64,000 nt of DNA from Candidatus Poribacteria bacterium (GCA_965222225.1 CBDCTK010000002.1:3008001-3072000), one strand, 5' to 3'. Shown: positions 51,535 through 62,338, counted from the first letter of the stretch. Program-made: numbers and translations. The notes: generated by a model not told the origin, from the letters alone.

Positions 51535-52508
51535 AACCAATGGTGCTAGTTTGAAATTTGGAGGTTAATAAGCATAACATTCCCTTTTGGCTTTGCTTTA
51601 ACGCGAAAGGTATCAGGGCATGAGACGATTTCCTCGATTCTACCGTTAATTTGAGTATCGGTAGCTATCAAATAACGGGAGGAAATCTAGACTCATGACC
51701 ATAGTAGATTTTATCACAGAACTGTTTTGTTGTGTTGATGATAAACTCTCACAGCACGGTAAAAACCATAAGCATAGCCATGCCAAACTTTATCCGTCTG
51801 AAGTGGTTACCATTGCCATGCTCTTTGCGCTCAAGGGTGTGGGTAATCGAGCCTCCTATCGCTGGATAGCGAACAATTTCAAATCCTTATTTCCGAAGTT
51901 ACCCGAGCGTACCCGATTGTTCCGCTTATTCGACGGGCATCAACATCTCATTGACGTTTTTATGGCGAATCCTTCGCTTATCGGTGGAATTGACACGTAC
52001 GGTATTGAATTGATTCACCCGCGCCGAGAAGGGCGCTCTAAACGTCAAATCGGACGCAAAGGCATTTCCAACCAACGATGGATTGTAGGTGGAAAACTTT
52101 GCTTGCTACACAATCATCTCGGACTGATTGTCAACTGGGACTGCGACACTGCCAATGTACATGATGGGAGTGCCTTCCAACATCTCGTTGATGGGGTCAG
52201 TGACCAGATGGTTGTTTTTGCCGATGTAAATTTCGCCAAAGCGGATTGGTTCCCTTCCAACTTGCGTCTGTGCCGACGTGGCGAGTGGAATTCTCGGATG
52301 CTGGTAGAAACGATTTTGTCCATGTTGACGCTAGTGTGCCATTTTAAGAAAGTCATGCACCGTCGTTGGAGTTACTTCAAAACGCGAGTCGGCTTTACAA
52401 TGGCTTTGGTCAATCTCTTGGTACAGTGGAATGGATTGTCGATTGACGACGATGGCTTTGTGCCTCTGTCAATAGCTCAATTCAGTCTCTAAACTAGCAC
52501 CAAAGGTT
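51535..52508 (+). mobile_element. IS982-like insertion sequence
   Basis: TIRs AACCAATGGTGCTAGTTT / AAACTAGCACCAAAGGTT, ATAT on both flanks. Confidence 0.82.
51695..52492 (+). CDS. DDE transposase (IS982-like)
   Basis: LYPSEVVT, IDT, G.KL.L, ANVHD, AD, R.LVET pattern. Confidence 0.8.
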   Translation: MTIVDFITELFCCVDDKLSQHGKNHKHSHAKLYPSEVVTIAMLFALKGVGNRASYRWIANNFKSLFPKLPERTRLFRLFDGHQHLIDVFMANPSLIGGIDTYGIELIHPRREGRSKRQIGRKGISNQRWIVGGKLCLLHNHLGLIVNWDCDTANVHDGSAFQHLVDGVSDQMVVFADVNFAKADWFPSNLRLCRRGEWNSRMLVETILSMLTLVCHFKKVMHRRWSYFKTRVGFTMALVNLLVQWNGLSIDDDGFVPLSIAQFSL

Positions 52509-53690
52509 ATATACACGTCCCGTACCTCTGTCACAGTTTTAATCACAAAGTCATCGCAGTCCGCATTTATCCTGTCGATTTCCTCCTTTGGAACGTAAGC
52601 AATTCCATTCAGTTGATTATTCTTGTCTTTACGATCTATCCTGATTCTCTCTATTAACTCACTTTTCGCTATTGGCTGGTTGACATGATTTTCCAGTGCA
52701 GAAGAAAGCTGCCCAATTAGGCGGTTTTGCCATTGATGGTGGTATTCCTTCCAACTTTTGGATTCAGTAGACATATTGCCAAAGAAGATTTCAACATTCA
52801 CGTTTTTTAGTTCTTTGACCTGCACTGCCGTAAGTTGGGGTGCCTGATTCTCCAAGTCTCTGAGTGCATTGTCGCATGCTTCCTTGAGTCGGGCGTTAGA
52901 TTCAGTGAATTCCTTTTTCAAACCTCTTAGAAACGACGTTGCTAATTCGTCCATTGGAATGTCCTTTTCATTCTTATTCGTCGATTGAAGATTTTCACTA
53001 AGTTCTGTAGGTAGTTCATCGCCAGCAGATCATTGAGACGAGCATAAATAGGTGTGCTCACATATTCAAATCGGGCAAATCAACCATTTCTGTTTTGAAT
53101 GAGGGGGGCAACCCCGCCCCTACGATTGAGGGGGAGTTTGCTCTCAATGAAATCGCGACATGCACCAGGAGCCGTAGGGGTTGGGTCTCCCAACCCGTTG
53201 GGTACCTTCCTCGTTTTACGCACCCGCCTAACATAAATTTCGACAGAACCTAGTAAGACATCCACGGCTGTCAGTCGTCCAAAAATCGGCAATTCTACAG
53301 CTTGACGATTGATCTGATGTTTACGGCTGGCTGATAGACAACTTGTTGAATTCTTTGTAACCACAGGTAGAACCTGTGACATTGAACAGATAGTGTTGCC
53401 GAGAAAAGGAATAGGTGGTAACTTGGATAATTATACCACCAAGAGCATTCTGAAGTTTGGAAAAAGATAATGACAAAGCGTTGTCAGTCAGATTGGTAGA
53501 GAAAACTGGGATGGAAGAGTGGAAGTTCACGTCCATGCCAACTAATACGATGGTGCGTTCCGGATTTGGCAATCCAGTCCGAGGGGTCAGAGGGCGCGTC
53601 GGGTAGCAATCACGGGAGACGGCACAGGGGCCGTCTCCTACGTTAACGGTGGTGACTATTGTATGTATCTGTTGGGTAGCTCAGAGGGCA

Positions 53691-55301
53691 TTAGGCGTCT
53701 CCGTTGACTTCGCCTTTCGCTATCATCGCTTGCCACCTTTTGGACTTCCGCATCGCTTCCTGTTCGGAAATCTCGGGCTCCGGAATGGGTCGGGCGGCTT
53801 CGCGGGACAAGTCTCCCCGATTACTGGCGGCGTTCGGTCTCGCGTACCAATACGTGGTGGCGGCGTAACCAACGTTGCATGATTCGTGATGCTGGACTTC
53901 CATATCCATCTGGAGTCGTCGATTGAATGGAATGGCGTCCAATGAGCGCGTCCGGGTTTGCGTATTCTGCCCGAAGGTAACCTTCTGACCACAGCGCACC
54001 TGCGCGTGGAACGGCTTCTGATACAGGTCGGTACTTGCCCCGCCATAGGCGTAGCCGTAGTAGTCCTCTGTGCCGGTGCCGAAATGGGAAGGGAAGTCCT
54101 CTCCATCAACCCATATCTTCTCATCGCCTTCCCCCCACCAGTCTACCTCCGGGTTCATGACGGCTAACGCATCGCCCACGTAGACCGCTTGCCCATCAAT
54201 TGTAATATAATTCCAATCACTGCACGGTAGAGTCGGAATCGGACATTGCTGGCGCCAGTTGGCGTGGAAGTACATCGAACGGTCATCCCAATCCCACGCG
54301 CCCACGTGGGCTACGAGTTGTAGTTTTACGAGATCCTGGTGGAGGTTGCTTACCGTTAGCCGCGCGGATTTTTCGTAAGGCATGATCCACCTGCAGATCG
54401 TCCTCCCGTCGTCTCGAACCGTCCGATACCAGCCTTGGTAAGGATTTAGTCCGACGCCGTTGCCGTAGAAATCTCCGACGGGGCACCAGATTGTCCTCTC
54501 GCCATCACACTCCATCTGCAAAACCGTTGAGCGAAGGGCTTGCTCAAAATTGAGCGCAAGAACCCGGATTTGGAGCGCTCGCACTGCCGCGGGGCCCAGC
54601 GATAGTGGAACGGAGACCGATTCTCCCGGTTTAATTGTAGTGTCGGCGTTCGCAGTTTTCCTTCCGCAAAAGGAGATCGGTGCCGCCAGGTGTTCTCCCA
54701 CGTGCCGGACAGTTTCCTTTGCCGCCTCAAATTCACCCATGGTGAATGAGCGCACCCGAGTCCCTTCTTTATACGCGCGGAAGTTGATATGGTAGTAGAA
54801 AGGTTTTTTATCCACGGTGACCTTGCACGATTTGGCGTATGGGATGGGCAGATATAGGTTTCCCGCCCGAACGCTAATGTAAGCAAACGGCGGACCGATA
54901 AAGTCCACCCCGGTGATCAGGTCAATCATCCTCGCCTCAATGGCGGGTTTTTCCTTCCCATCCAGATAGAAACGGATGATTTGGCCCTCATCAACGTCGG
55001 GCGCCCACATCCGCACGACACAACCCGGTCCCCGATGATCCATCAATACCCATTCGTCGCGCCCCTCGATTTTCTCGGTATAGAGAAAATGCCCCGAATC
55101 CCCGCCGGCGAACCAGCCGTCCGGGTCGGTCGGGATAATCGATCGCCGGTTATAACTGCTGAACTGATGGCAGAGGTATGCCGGACGCGGCAACCGAGGT
55201 AGCAGGTCACGATTTATCATCTCGTTCAGAAGTGATTCAAGCGTGACCGAATCGGGAATTGAGGAGGTTAAGAGATTGGTGAGTTGGTATGTGGCAATCA
55301 T
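53691..55301 (-). CDS. DUF2961/GH172-like glycoside hydrolase
   Basis: GPGCVVRMW, RFYLDG, P.GDFYG, WWGEGDEKIWVDGE.FPS.FGTGTEDYYG. Confidence 0.85.
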   Translation of the reverse strand: MIATYQLTNLLTSSIPDSVTLESLLNEMINRDLLPRLPRPAYLCHQFSSYNRRSIIPTDPDGWFAGGDSGHFLYTEKIEGRDEWVLMDHRGPGCVVRMWAPDVDEGQIIRFYLDGKEKPAIEARMIDLITGVDFIGPPFAYISVRAGNLYLPIPYAKSCKVTVDKKPFYYHINFRAYKEGTRVRSFTMGEFEAAKETVRHVGEHLAAPISFCGRKTANADTTIKPGESVSVPLSLGPAAVRALQIRVLALNFEQALRSTVLQMECDGERTIWCPVGDFYGNGVGLNPYQGWYRTVRDDGRTICRWIMPYEKSARLTVSNLHQDLVKLQLVAHVGAWDWDDRSMYFHANWRQQCPIPTLPCSDWNYITIDGQAVYVGDALAVMNPEVDWWGEGDEKIWVDGEDFPSHFGTGTEDYYGYAYGGASTDLYQKPFHAQVRCGQKVTFGQNTQTRTRSLDAIPFNRRLQMDMEVQHHESCNVGYAATTYWYARPNAASNRGDLSREAARPIPEPEISEQEAMRKSKRWQAMIAKGEVNGDA

Positions 55302-55942
55302 TTCGGGTACCCTTTCACTCGACGGGGTTTGAACGACATTGATTTCAGCGCATGTTTAGTATTAGCCGGGCAATTTGTCGACGCAACATAGTATACCAAG
55401 AGATTCTGATTTATGGAAAAAGATAATGATGCGGTATAGGACTTGCGCTGTTTGGTTTGTAGGAGCGCGTTTTGCTCGCGATTTCAGAACTTTGTCGCGA
55501 CCGGGAGATTGCTCCTACAAGAACCTTTATCTGTGGGGACTCCATCTTCGACCTGATGAGTGCAGTTTTTCTGTAGGGTGCGATCAACCGACTGATTAAG
55601 GAGGGCGATAGCACCCTAAAGAACTGTTGATGGTCTGGAGTTGGTAATCCAGACCGAGTAGGAAAGGATACGACAAGCAGATGGATTGTTGGGTTTCACT
55701 TGAGTTTCGGCTTTTTGGGGAAGAATGAAACGTCGAATGCCTCCTTTCGGCGTGCATGATTTCTCATGGATTTCCGTTCAACCCAACCTACAGAATTTGT
55801 TTCGTCGCGATTCGGTGAGGGATCTCTATCGCACTCGTTATCCACTCGCTTGATCGCTCCTACCATCGCCATCAGGGATTTCTGTCGCATTCATCATTCA
55901 TTCGCTTGATCCCTGTTCTCACCCTACAAAACTCCCGTAGCC

Positions 55943-56150
55943 TCAATACGCGGCTTCAAGAATGCTGACAACGTCGGGGTGATTGCGGCGGCGCGCCTAT
56001 GCCAGCGGCGTCGCCCACTCAAAGTGGGCATCCAGCGGGGCGCCTTCGCCGAGCAGGTATTCGACCATCTCGGTCTGACCTGTCCGAGCCGCCCATCCGA
56101 TCGGCGTACTGCTGTACTCTTGGTCCGAACTGTCCAGACGTGCGCAGCGG
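55943..56150 (-). pseudogene. Ankyrin-repeat C-terminal remnant with internal TAG
   Basis: Manual frame ARLDSSDQEYSSTPIGWAARTGQTEMVEYLLGEGAPLDAHFEWATPLA*ARRRNHPDVVSILEAAY*. Confidence 0.75.
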
Positions 56151-56658
56151 CGGGCGGGGGAAAGGCAGGCAGGGGAACACGGGACGGCACAGAGGCCGTC
56201 CCCTACAAATTGTCGGTGTGTTGGGTTGAAAAGAGAAGGGGGTTATCGGTACAAGGAGTGGTGAGTGGAGTGTGAGGAAGGATGAGAGTACGGAAGGGAG
56301 AAAGGGGAGAGGCAGTGGTCAGTGGGGAAGGGAGGGGTTGGTCGGAAATTGTCTGAATCGCGGATTAAACGGATTTCGCCGATTTCGCGGAATAGGAGAT
56401 GGTACGTGTGGACAGCGATGAAGTTGGGTTTCACTGTGTTCAAACAGACTTTAGTCGTCATGTCTTAGATTGGAAAGCGAATTGAGACCGATCTCAACCG
56501 TGAGGGTCATAATGACACACGTCAAGGAACTCCTGGAAAATCAAGGGATTTGAACTATAACGACGACAATGGTAATGATTAGCGGAATCTTGTGTAACGT
56601 TCTACTCGTTGCGGACCTCCCAATGCACTCCTGCGTCAGTTAACGGTGTGGGCGTTCA

Positions 56659-57711
56659 CTATTCCAATGACTGGAGCAATCGAAGGGCCTTTTGAATACG
56701 GTCTCGCAGTACCCGGTTCCCGGCGCGCTTCGCGAATCTCAAAGCAGTTCGGAGATCTCGCTTCGCGGCTGAGACGCGAAATAGAACTGCCTTGGAAATC
56801 CCTCTCTGAAGATATGCTTCGGCGTAATCGGGCTTTAGTCGGATGGCAATGTCATAATCAGAGATGGCGGCAAAGTGTTGGCCTAATTCAGCCCTACATA
56901 TCCCTCGCAAAACATAAGTTGTCGCAGCATTGGGGTCAAGGTCAATGGCGTCTGTGAACTCCCGAATCGCCCCCGCATAATCCCCTGACATTCTCTTTTC
57001 ATAACCTCTTATCATACAGCCAATGTAAGAGACAGCCGTGTTTCCATGCGATAACGGCTTTGCCTTTCCCGATTGACCTAGCAACGTTTTGAGCGCATTC
57101 GATGGCACCGCGAAGTTCAGAAGTATACCGTCGAGCGGGTGGTACATTGACTACGACACTCCAATCACCCTTCCCTTGCGGTTGAGCACAGGGCCTCCAC
57201 TGCTACCGCGGGAAATCGGAGCAGTCATCTGAAGACGTTCTTTTTTCGTGGTGCCATCGCGTCGACCGCTGATAATACCGTACGAGAATGTGCCTTCAAA
57301 GCCCAGCGGGTTGCCCGCCACGTAAACCGTTTCTCCGATTTGAACTGCGTCACTGTCGCCGAGGGGAAGCGGCGCGACACCTTTCACCGTCACCTTGAGG
57401 AGTGCGAGGTCGTTCGACTCATCTCGTGCCGTCACGCCTTCGATAGGGTATGCGAGTTTTGTATTGACTAACTTTGCACTGCCCTTAGCTGCACCTTCAA
57501 TGACGTGGAAATTCGTAGCGATGAGGTTCTCTCGGACGAAAAATCCACTACCGTGTCCGAGTGTGACGCCGTTTTCGTCCTGCACCTCCAATGAGACAGT
57601 CGCGGCTAACGCTTTTTTGGCAAGCTGGGGGACAGACTGGGCTGAAGCGTAATTAAGGGCGGAGAGCAGAAAGATGAGCAAAAGTGTGATTAGCTTGGTT
57701 TGATGGTTCAT
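56659..57711 (-). pseudogene. Secreted trypsin-like serine protease plus TPR protein, split by an in-frame TAG at 57151-57153
   Basis: GSGF, TNFHV, DLALL, GSSGGP; VIGVS*SMYHPLDGILLNFAVPSN continues in frame into TPR repeats. Confidence 0.85.
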
Positions 57712-57813
57712 CTAACACGCTCCTTGCGTCAGAATGTGTGGGGTTGTTGAGGGAACAGAATAACCTGGCTTCTGTTGTTTTTCGAGTTCGCGGTGTGTTT
57801 CTCTAACCATTTC

Positions 57814-57856
57814 ATTTTACTACTTTTCGCCGTTTTTGTCTATTGGTTTCGTTTGG
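57814..57856 (-). promoter_or_regulatory. sigma-70-type promoter cassette (copy 2)
   Basis: Minus strand TAGACA-17 bp-TAAAAT; near-identical to 50550-50592. Confidence 0.65.
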
Positions 57857-58132
57857 CATCAAGGTGGTTGTTTAAACCGGCGATTTGGGGAGCTCTATCG
57901 CACTGAGGTTTTTATTGCGCTCACTACTCATTCGCTTGATCCCACTCCGGGGCTTTGCACGCGCGATAGAGTTCCTTTTCAAAAAATAACTCGGTTTTGA
58001 CTCGGGAGGGTTCGCAAAGGCTGGTGCGCAGTGCGCACCCTACAACACTGGTTAATTGGAGGAGGGTCAAGATTTGGCAGTCCAGACCGAGCGGGGAAAG
58101 AAGGGTGCGCCGAATTTTTGGTTTGAAGCGAA

Positions 58133-58161
58133 TTGACATCAATTTGTGTCTATGATAAAAT
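58133..58161 (+). promoter_or_regulatory. sigma-70-type promoter
   Basis: TTGACA-17 bp-TAAAAT upstream of the 58252 gene cluster. Confidence 0.7.
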
Positions 58162-58251
58162 CACCGGGCTTGTGGCGACATGACGGATTAACCAAATCGG
58201 GGAAAATCCCCATCATCACTGACTTAAAATACCCTCCACGGAGAAATCGGA

Positions 58252-59646
58252 ATGCCTCTTAACCGCCGTAAATACCTCGTGCTGGATTCGCGCATCATCG
58301 ACGCCACCGAAGATTTGGCGCTGCGGGTCGGAACTGCGACCAAGCACCCCGCCAATCCCCTTTTCGGTGAGGACAAACCTTGGGAGCTGCGTTACGACAA
58401 CCTGTATCCCAACGCTATTTTCGACGAGGCGGACCAACTTTTCAAATGTTGGTATAACCCCTTCATCGTGGATACGGCGACAGCGGGTACGCCGCCGGAC
58501 CAACGGGGGTCGATCGCCTACACGAAGGTGAAAAACCAGCGCCGGGAGATGGGGCTTTGCTACGCCGCGTCGAAAGACGGGATTTCTTGGGAGAAACCGA
58601 ATCTGGGGCTGATTGAGTATGAGGGAAGCAGGGAGAATAACCTCGTGACCCGCGGCTCGCACGGTCCCGGCGCCCTCAAAGACAGACACGACAGCGATCC
58701 TGCGAGGCGTTACAAAATGCTTTACGCATCGGACGTGCCTGCGGCACGGCACGGGCTGAGCGTCAAGTTTTCATCGGACGGGGTCGCGTGGGGCGATCAG
58801 ATTTTGGTGGAAAACAAGAGCGCCGCGCGCGGTGATTCGCATCACACGTGGATGTGGGCTCCGGATATAGGGAAGTATGTCTCGTGCTCGCGCCCATTGG
58901 CTTGGGCGGAACGGAGAGCGGGAAACCAAGATGTGCCGCTGCGTCCCATATCGCGGACGGATTCGGAAGATTTTATCCATTGGTCCGATGCGCAGATTGT
59001 GCTCGACCCTTTGGAGAATGACCGGCAGTATTACGTGATGCCCATCTGTCACCATGCCGACCTTTACTTGGGCTTTTTGATGATCTTCAATGCCGAGACT
59101 GATCGGGTGCACTGCGAACTTACATGGAGCCCGGACACGTGGGAATGGCACCTCATTGACCCCGGCACGCCGCTCATCAACGCATCGGACGAAAAGGGCG
59201 ATTACGATTGGGGCTGCGTTTATGCCAGCGTTCCCATCTTTTTGCAGGATGAGATTCGGATTTACTACGGGGCAAGCGACGACACGCATTACGGTTGGCG
59301 GAAGGGGTATCTCGCGTTGGCGACTGTACGACCGGACGGTCTCGCGGGGTTGCAACCCGCCACGTCGAACGTAGCGGGCAACGTGACAACCAAACCGGTC
59401 GTGTGCACGGGGCGGCGGTTGCGTATCAGCGCCGATGCGGCGGGCGGCTCGGTGCGCGCGGCGATACTCGACTCGGAGGGACGGACGCTTGACGAGAGCC
59501 AGCCGTTAACGGGTGATGTAACTGACGCGGTAGTCAGTTGGGTATCCGGGGGTGATTTGTCCGCGTACCAAGGCGAGGCGGTACGACTGAGGTTTACGTT
59601 GGAGGATGCCAAGCTTTATGCGTTCGGATTTGATGGTGAGGGTTGA
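58252..59646 (+). CDS. Beta-propeller glycoside-hydrolase-like protein
   Basis: KHPANPL...KPWE, SKDGISWEKPNLG, SEDFIHW, RPDG, C-terminal sandwich. Confidence 0.75.
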   Translation: MPLNRRKYLVLDSRIIDATEDLALRVGTATKHPANPLFGEDKPWELRYDNLYPNAIFDEADQLFKCWYNPFIVDTATAGTPPDQRGSIAYTKVKNQRREMGLCYAASKDGISWEKPNLGLIEYEGSRENNLVTRGSHGPGALKDRHDSDPARRYKMLYASDVPAARHGLSVKFSSDGVAWGDQILVENKSAARGDSHHTWMWAPDIGKYVSCSRPLAWAERRAGNQDVPLRPISRTDSEDFIHWSDAQIVLDPLENDRQYYVMPICHHADLYLGFLMIFNAETDRVHCELTWSPDTWEWHLIDPGTPLINASDEKGDYDWGCVYASVPIFLQDEIRIYYGASDDTHYGWRKGYLALATVRPDGLAGLQPATSNVAGNVTTKPVVCTGRRLRISADAAGGSVRAAILDSEGRTLDESQPLTGDVTDAVVSWVSGGDLSAYQGEAVRLRFTLEDAKLYAFGFDGEG

Positions 59647-59753
59647 GTGCGTGGGAGACGGAATCTTTTGGATGAAGTGTTGGGTTTCACGGTGTCCAAC
59701 CCAACCTACGCACTGTTATTTAAGCGAAATGGTAACATCGGGAGCAACAACTG

Positions 59754-61418
59754 ATGACGGATAGCCCCGAAAGGAAAAGCCTGACGGAAGCGCTTGATCT
59801 TCAGCGGAAGACAGAGGACATCGTGTCGGGGAAGCGACGGGTTGACGAGCGGTATCCCTACATACCTCCGGATTACAACATCCCCTTCCTTCACATCGGG
59901 ACGGAGAAGCAGTTGTTTCTCGATAATTTCATCCTTGATCGCTTTGAAAGGGTGGAGCGCGTCTTTCCCAAACCGGATCGGCCAGAGCAGCCGATTATCG
60001 ATCCGATGGAATTGCCGTGGGAACGCAATGCCCCCAAGGGGTACTTCAGCCACTGGGCTTTCGTTGTCGCGGTGCTGCACGATCCGGATGACGGGAAGTT
60101 CAAGCTGTGGTACATCAGGGATTTTGAAGAGGTGTACGACAAGCGGATGTTGTGCTACGCCGAAACGACCGCCCCGCTGCATTGGGAAAAGCCGTTGAGC
60201 GAGAAATGCGTCCCCTTTAACGAGCACAAAGCCACCAACATCGTGCAACTTAACTCCGGCGAGCACATCGCGTTGGCGCTGAATTGTGATCAGAGCGACA
60301 AGTCGCGCAAGTATCTCATGAACCTGAGAAACAGCTTTCTCGTCTCGCCCGACGGTTTGCAGTGGAGGTCGGTCAGCGAGGGCACGCCTTATCGGAAACA
60401 CCACTATCAGCGCCCCATCTGGGATGAGTCGATTCAGAAGTGGATCTCTTACAGCCAGTATTCGCACCACTGGAATATTTTGCACCGCAAGCGCCAGATC
60501 GGACGGCAGGAAAGCGCGGACTTCATTAACTGGTCGCCCAAGCGGGTGGTGGTCTCCGTGGATTTCGACCCGAACCTCACGCCCAACCTCGAATTTCACG
60601 ATATGTCCGTTCGTAAAATCGGCGGTCAATACATCGGGATCGCGACGGAGTTCTTGGCGGAAGGCATCCCCAGCGTCCACGATTTTTCGGGACGGCATAT
60701 TCCGGAGTATGACGGCGATTGCACCTACAACCATTGGGAACAAGCTTACGCTCACTTCGGGCTGTACGCCAGCCGTGACGGGATTCATTGGCGGCGGGTG
60801 GGCGATCCGGGGCCGTGGGCTGCGCATGGGGCGCCCGGTCACTATGATTACGGCTTTTTTGCGGACAGCGTGGCGGGTGAGTTGCTACACGATGGCAAGA
60901 CGTATGTCATCCATGATACGCGCCCGCAGAAACAGCGGCTATCGAAGAGAAAACCTAACGCACTGAAGACGGCAGAATTCCTGCAGCACGAACGGAATCA
61001 AGCGGCGTTGGTCGACGCCTTGGGCACCTACCCGCGGCTGCGCTCGAATGCTATAACCGCGCTCATCTTGCGGGAGGACGGTTGGGCGGAACTCAAGCCA
61101 ACCTATGAACAGGGGAGCGTTTTCACACGGCAGTTTGTCTTTGAAGGCGACGCGCTCAAGGTCAATGCCGAGGCATATGGCGGATACCTGAAGGTTGACG
61201 CGCTCGACCCGCAATTCAAGCCGTACGAAGGTTTTTCGGCGGCGGAGTGTGATGCGGTTTGCTCGGATAATCCCAAGCAAATTTGGCACACGGTACGCTG
61301 GCGCGGAAATCCGGATGTTCGCGCACTGTGGAACAAACCGGTGCGACTGCGATTTCACCTGCATCAGGCGAGTCTTTACGCTTTCCAGTTCGAGGAGACC
61401 GCCACAGTAAAAAGGTAA
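59754..61418 (+). CDS. Beta-propeller glycoside-hydrolase-like protein
   Basis: KQLFLD, SPDGLQW, SADFINW, SRDGIHW, LREDGW. Confidence 0.72.
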   Translation: MTDSPERKSLTEALDLQRKTEDIVSGKRRVDERYPYIPPDYNIPFLHIGTEKQLFLDNFILDRFERVERVFPKPDRPEQPIIDPMELPWERNAPKGYFSHWAFVVAVLHDPDDGKFKLWYIRDFEEVYDKRMLCYAETTAPLHWEKPLSEKCVPFNEHKATNIVQLNSGEHIALALNCDQSDKSRKYLMNLRNSFLVSPDGLQWRSVSEGTPYRKHHYQRPIWDESIQKWISYSQYSHHWNILHRKRQIGRQESADFINWSPKRVVVSVDFDPNLTPNLEFHDMSVRKIGGQYIGIATEFLAEGIPSVHDFSGRHIPEYDGDCTYNHWEQAYAHFGLYASRDGIHWRRVGDPGPWAAHGAPGHYDYGFFADSVAGELLHDGKTYVIHDTRPQKQRLSKRKPNALKTAEFLQHERNQAALVDALGTYPRLRSNAITALILREDGWAELKPTYEQGSVFTRQFVFEGDALKVNAEAYGGYLKVDALDPQFKPYEGFSAAECDAVCSDNPKQIWHTVRWRGNPDVRALWNKPVRLRFHLHQASLYAFQFEETATVKR

Positions 61419-61423
61419 GAAAT

Positions 61424-62338
61424 ATGGCAGGTCTCGAGTCGCCCATTGATTGGGCGGCCATTCCACATCCCCCGTTCCTTCGCGGCGATGCATACGTGGC
61501 GAACCGCGATCCGGCGGGACACTACCACGAGGGGCTGTTTCGCGTGTTCCATACGCGGGTGCATGCCGAATCGGACGGGATTTACCACTCCTTCACTGCG
61601 GTGACGGAAAGCCGGGATCTCGTCAACTGGAGCGAAGCGACGCTACTGACGCCGAAGGATCGCCGACTCAACTATTCGAGTCCGGGGAACGTGATTCGTT
61701 ACGGCGGCGAATGGGTGCTCTGCTTACAGACGTACCCGATGCGCGGCGACAGCTTTGGCGATGATACCGCGCGGATTTTCCTGATGCGCAGCGATGATTT
61801 GGCACATTGGAGCGAACCGGAGTTGATACCCGTCAAGGGGCCCGATGTTCCCGAAGCGGAGATGGGGCGCATGATTGACCCGTATCTATTGGAAGACAAA
61901 GACATACCGGGGAGATGGTGGTGCTTTTACAAACAGAACGGCGCGAGTATGTCGTACACGGACGACTTCAAGACGTGGACGTACGTGGGACGAATCGATT
62001 GCGGCGAGAATGTCTGCGCGTTGGTCGAGGACGACGAGTATGTCTTGTTTCACTCGCCGCGCAACGGTGTCGGGATCAAACGCTCGAAAGACATGGGCCA
62101 TTGGAGAGATGTCGGGCATCTAACCTTCGGGCAAGCAGAATGGGACTGGGCGGAAGGGCGGTTGACGGCGGGGCATGTCTTGGATTTGCGGCACCTGCCG
62201 GAGATAGGAAAGTGTGTCATGTTTTTCCACGGCTCCGTCTCTCGCGAGATTCAACCGAAGGAGACACACGGCAACGCCTCGCTCGCGCTGGCTTGGAGTG
62301 ACGATCTCGTGCATTGGGATTGGCCGGGGAAGTCGTGA
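61424..62338 (+). CDS. GH43/GH32-like five-bladed beta-propeller protein
   Basis: RDP, SRDLVNW, SDDLAHW, IDP, GEN, SDDLVHW; start ATG 61424. Confidence 0.72.
   Translation: MAGLESPIDWAAIPHPPFLRGDAYVANRDPAGHYHEGLFRVFHTRVHAESDGIYHSFTAVTESRDLVNWSEATLLTPKDRRLNYSSPGNVIRYGGEWVLCLQTYPMRGDSFGDDTARIFLMRSDDLAHWSEPELIPVKGPDVPEAEMGRMIDPYLLEDKDIPGRWWCFYKQNGASMSYTDDFKTWTYVGRIDCGENVCALVEDDEYVLFHSPRNGVGIKRSKDMGHWRDVGHLTFGQAEWDWAEGRLTAGHVLDLRHLPEIGKCVMFFHGSVSREIQPKETHGNASLALAWSDDLVHWDWPGKS

Larger units (their letters stand above)
50808..52954 (-). pseudogene. Unknown N-terminal domain plus PIN domain gene, split by an IS and a frameshift
   Basis: DVYI|RTIGEQ joins in frame across the IS; ITLDTN, then D.DH..AH....RDIFVTED in the next frame. 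Confidence 0.7.

Noticed and set aside
59706-60842. Long antisense ORFs (also 1581-2372, 4162-4935, 5399-6121)
   Set aside because: Shadows of GC-rich genes on the opposite strand, with no recognisable motifs.
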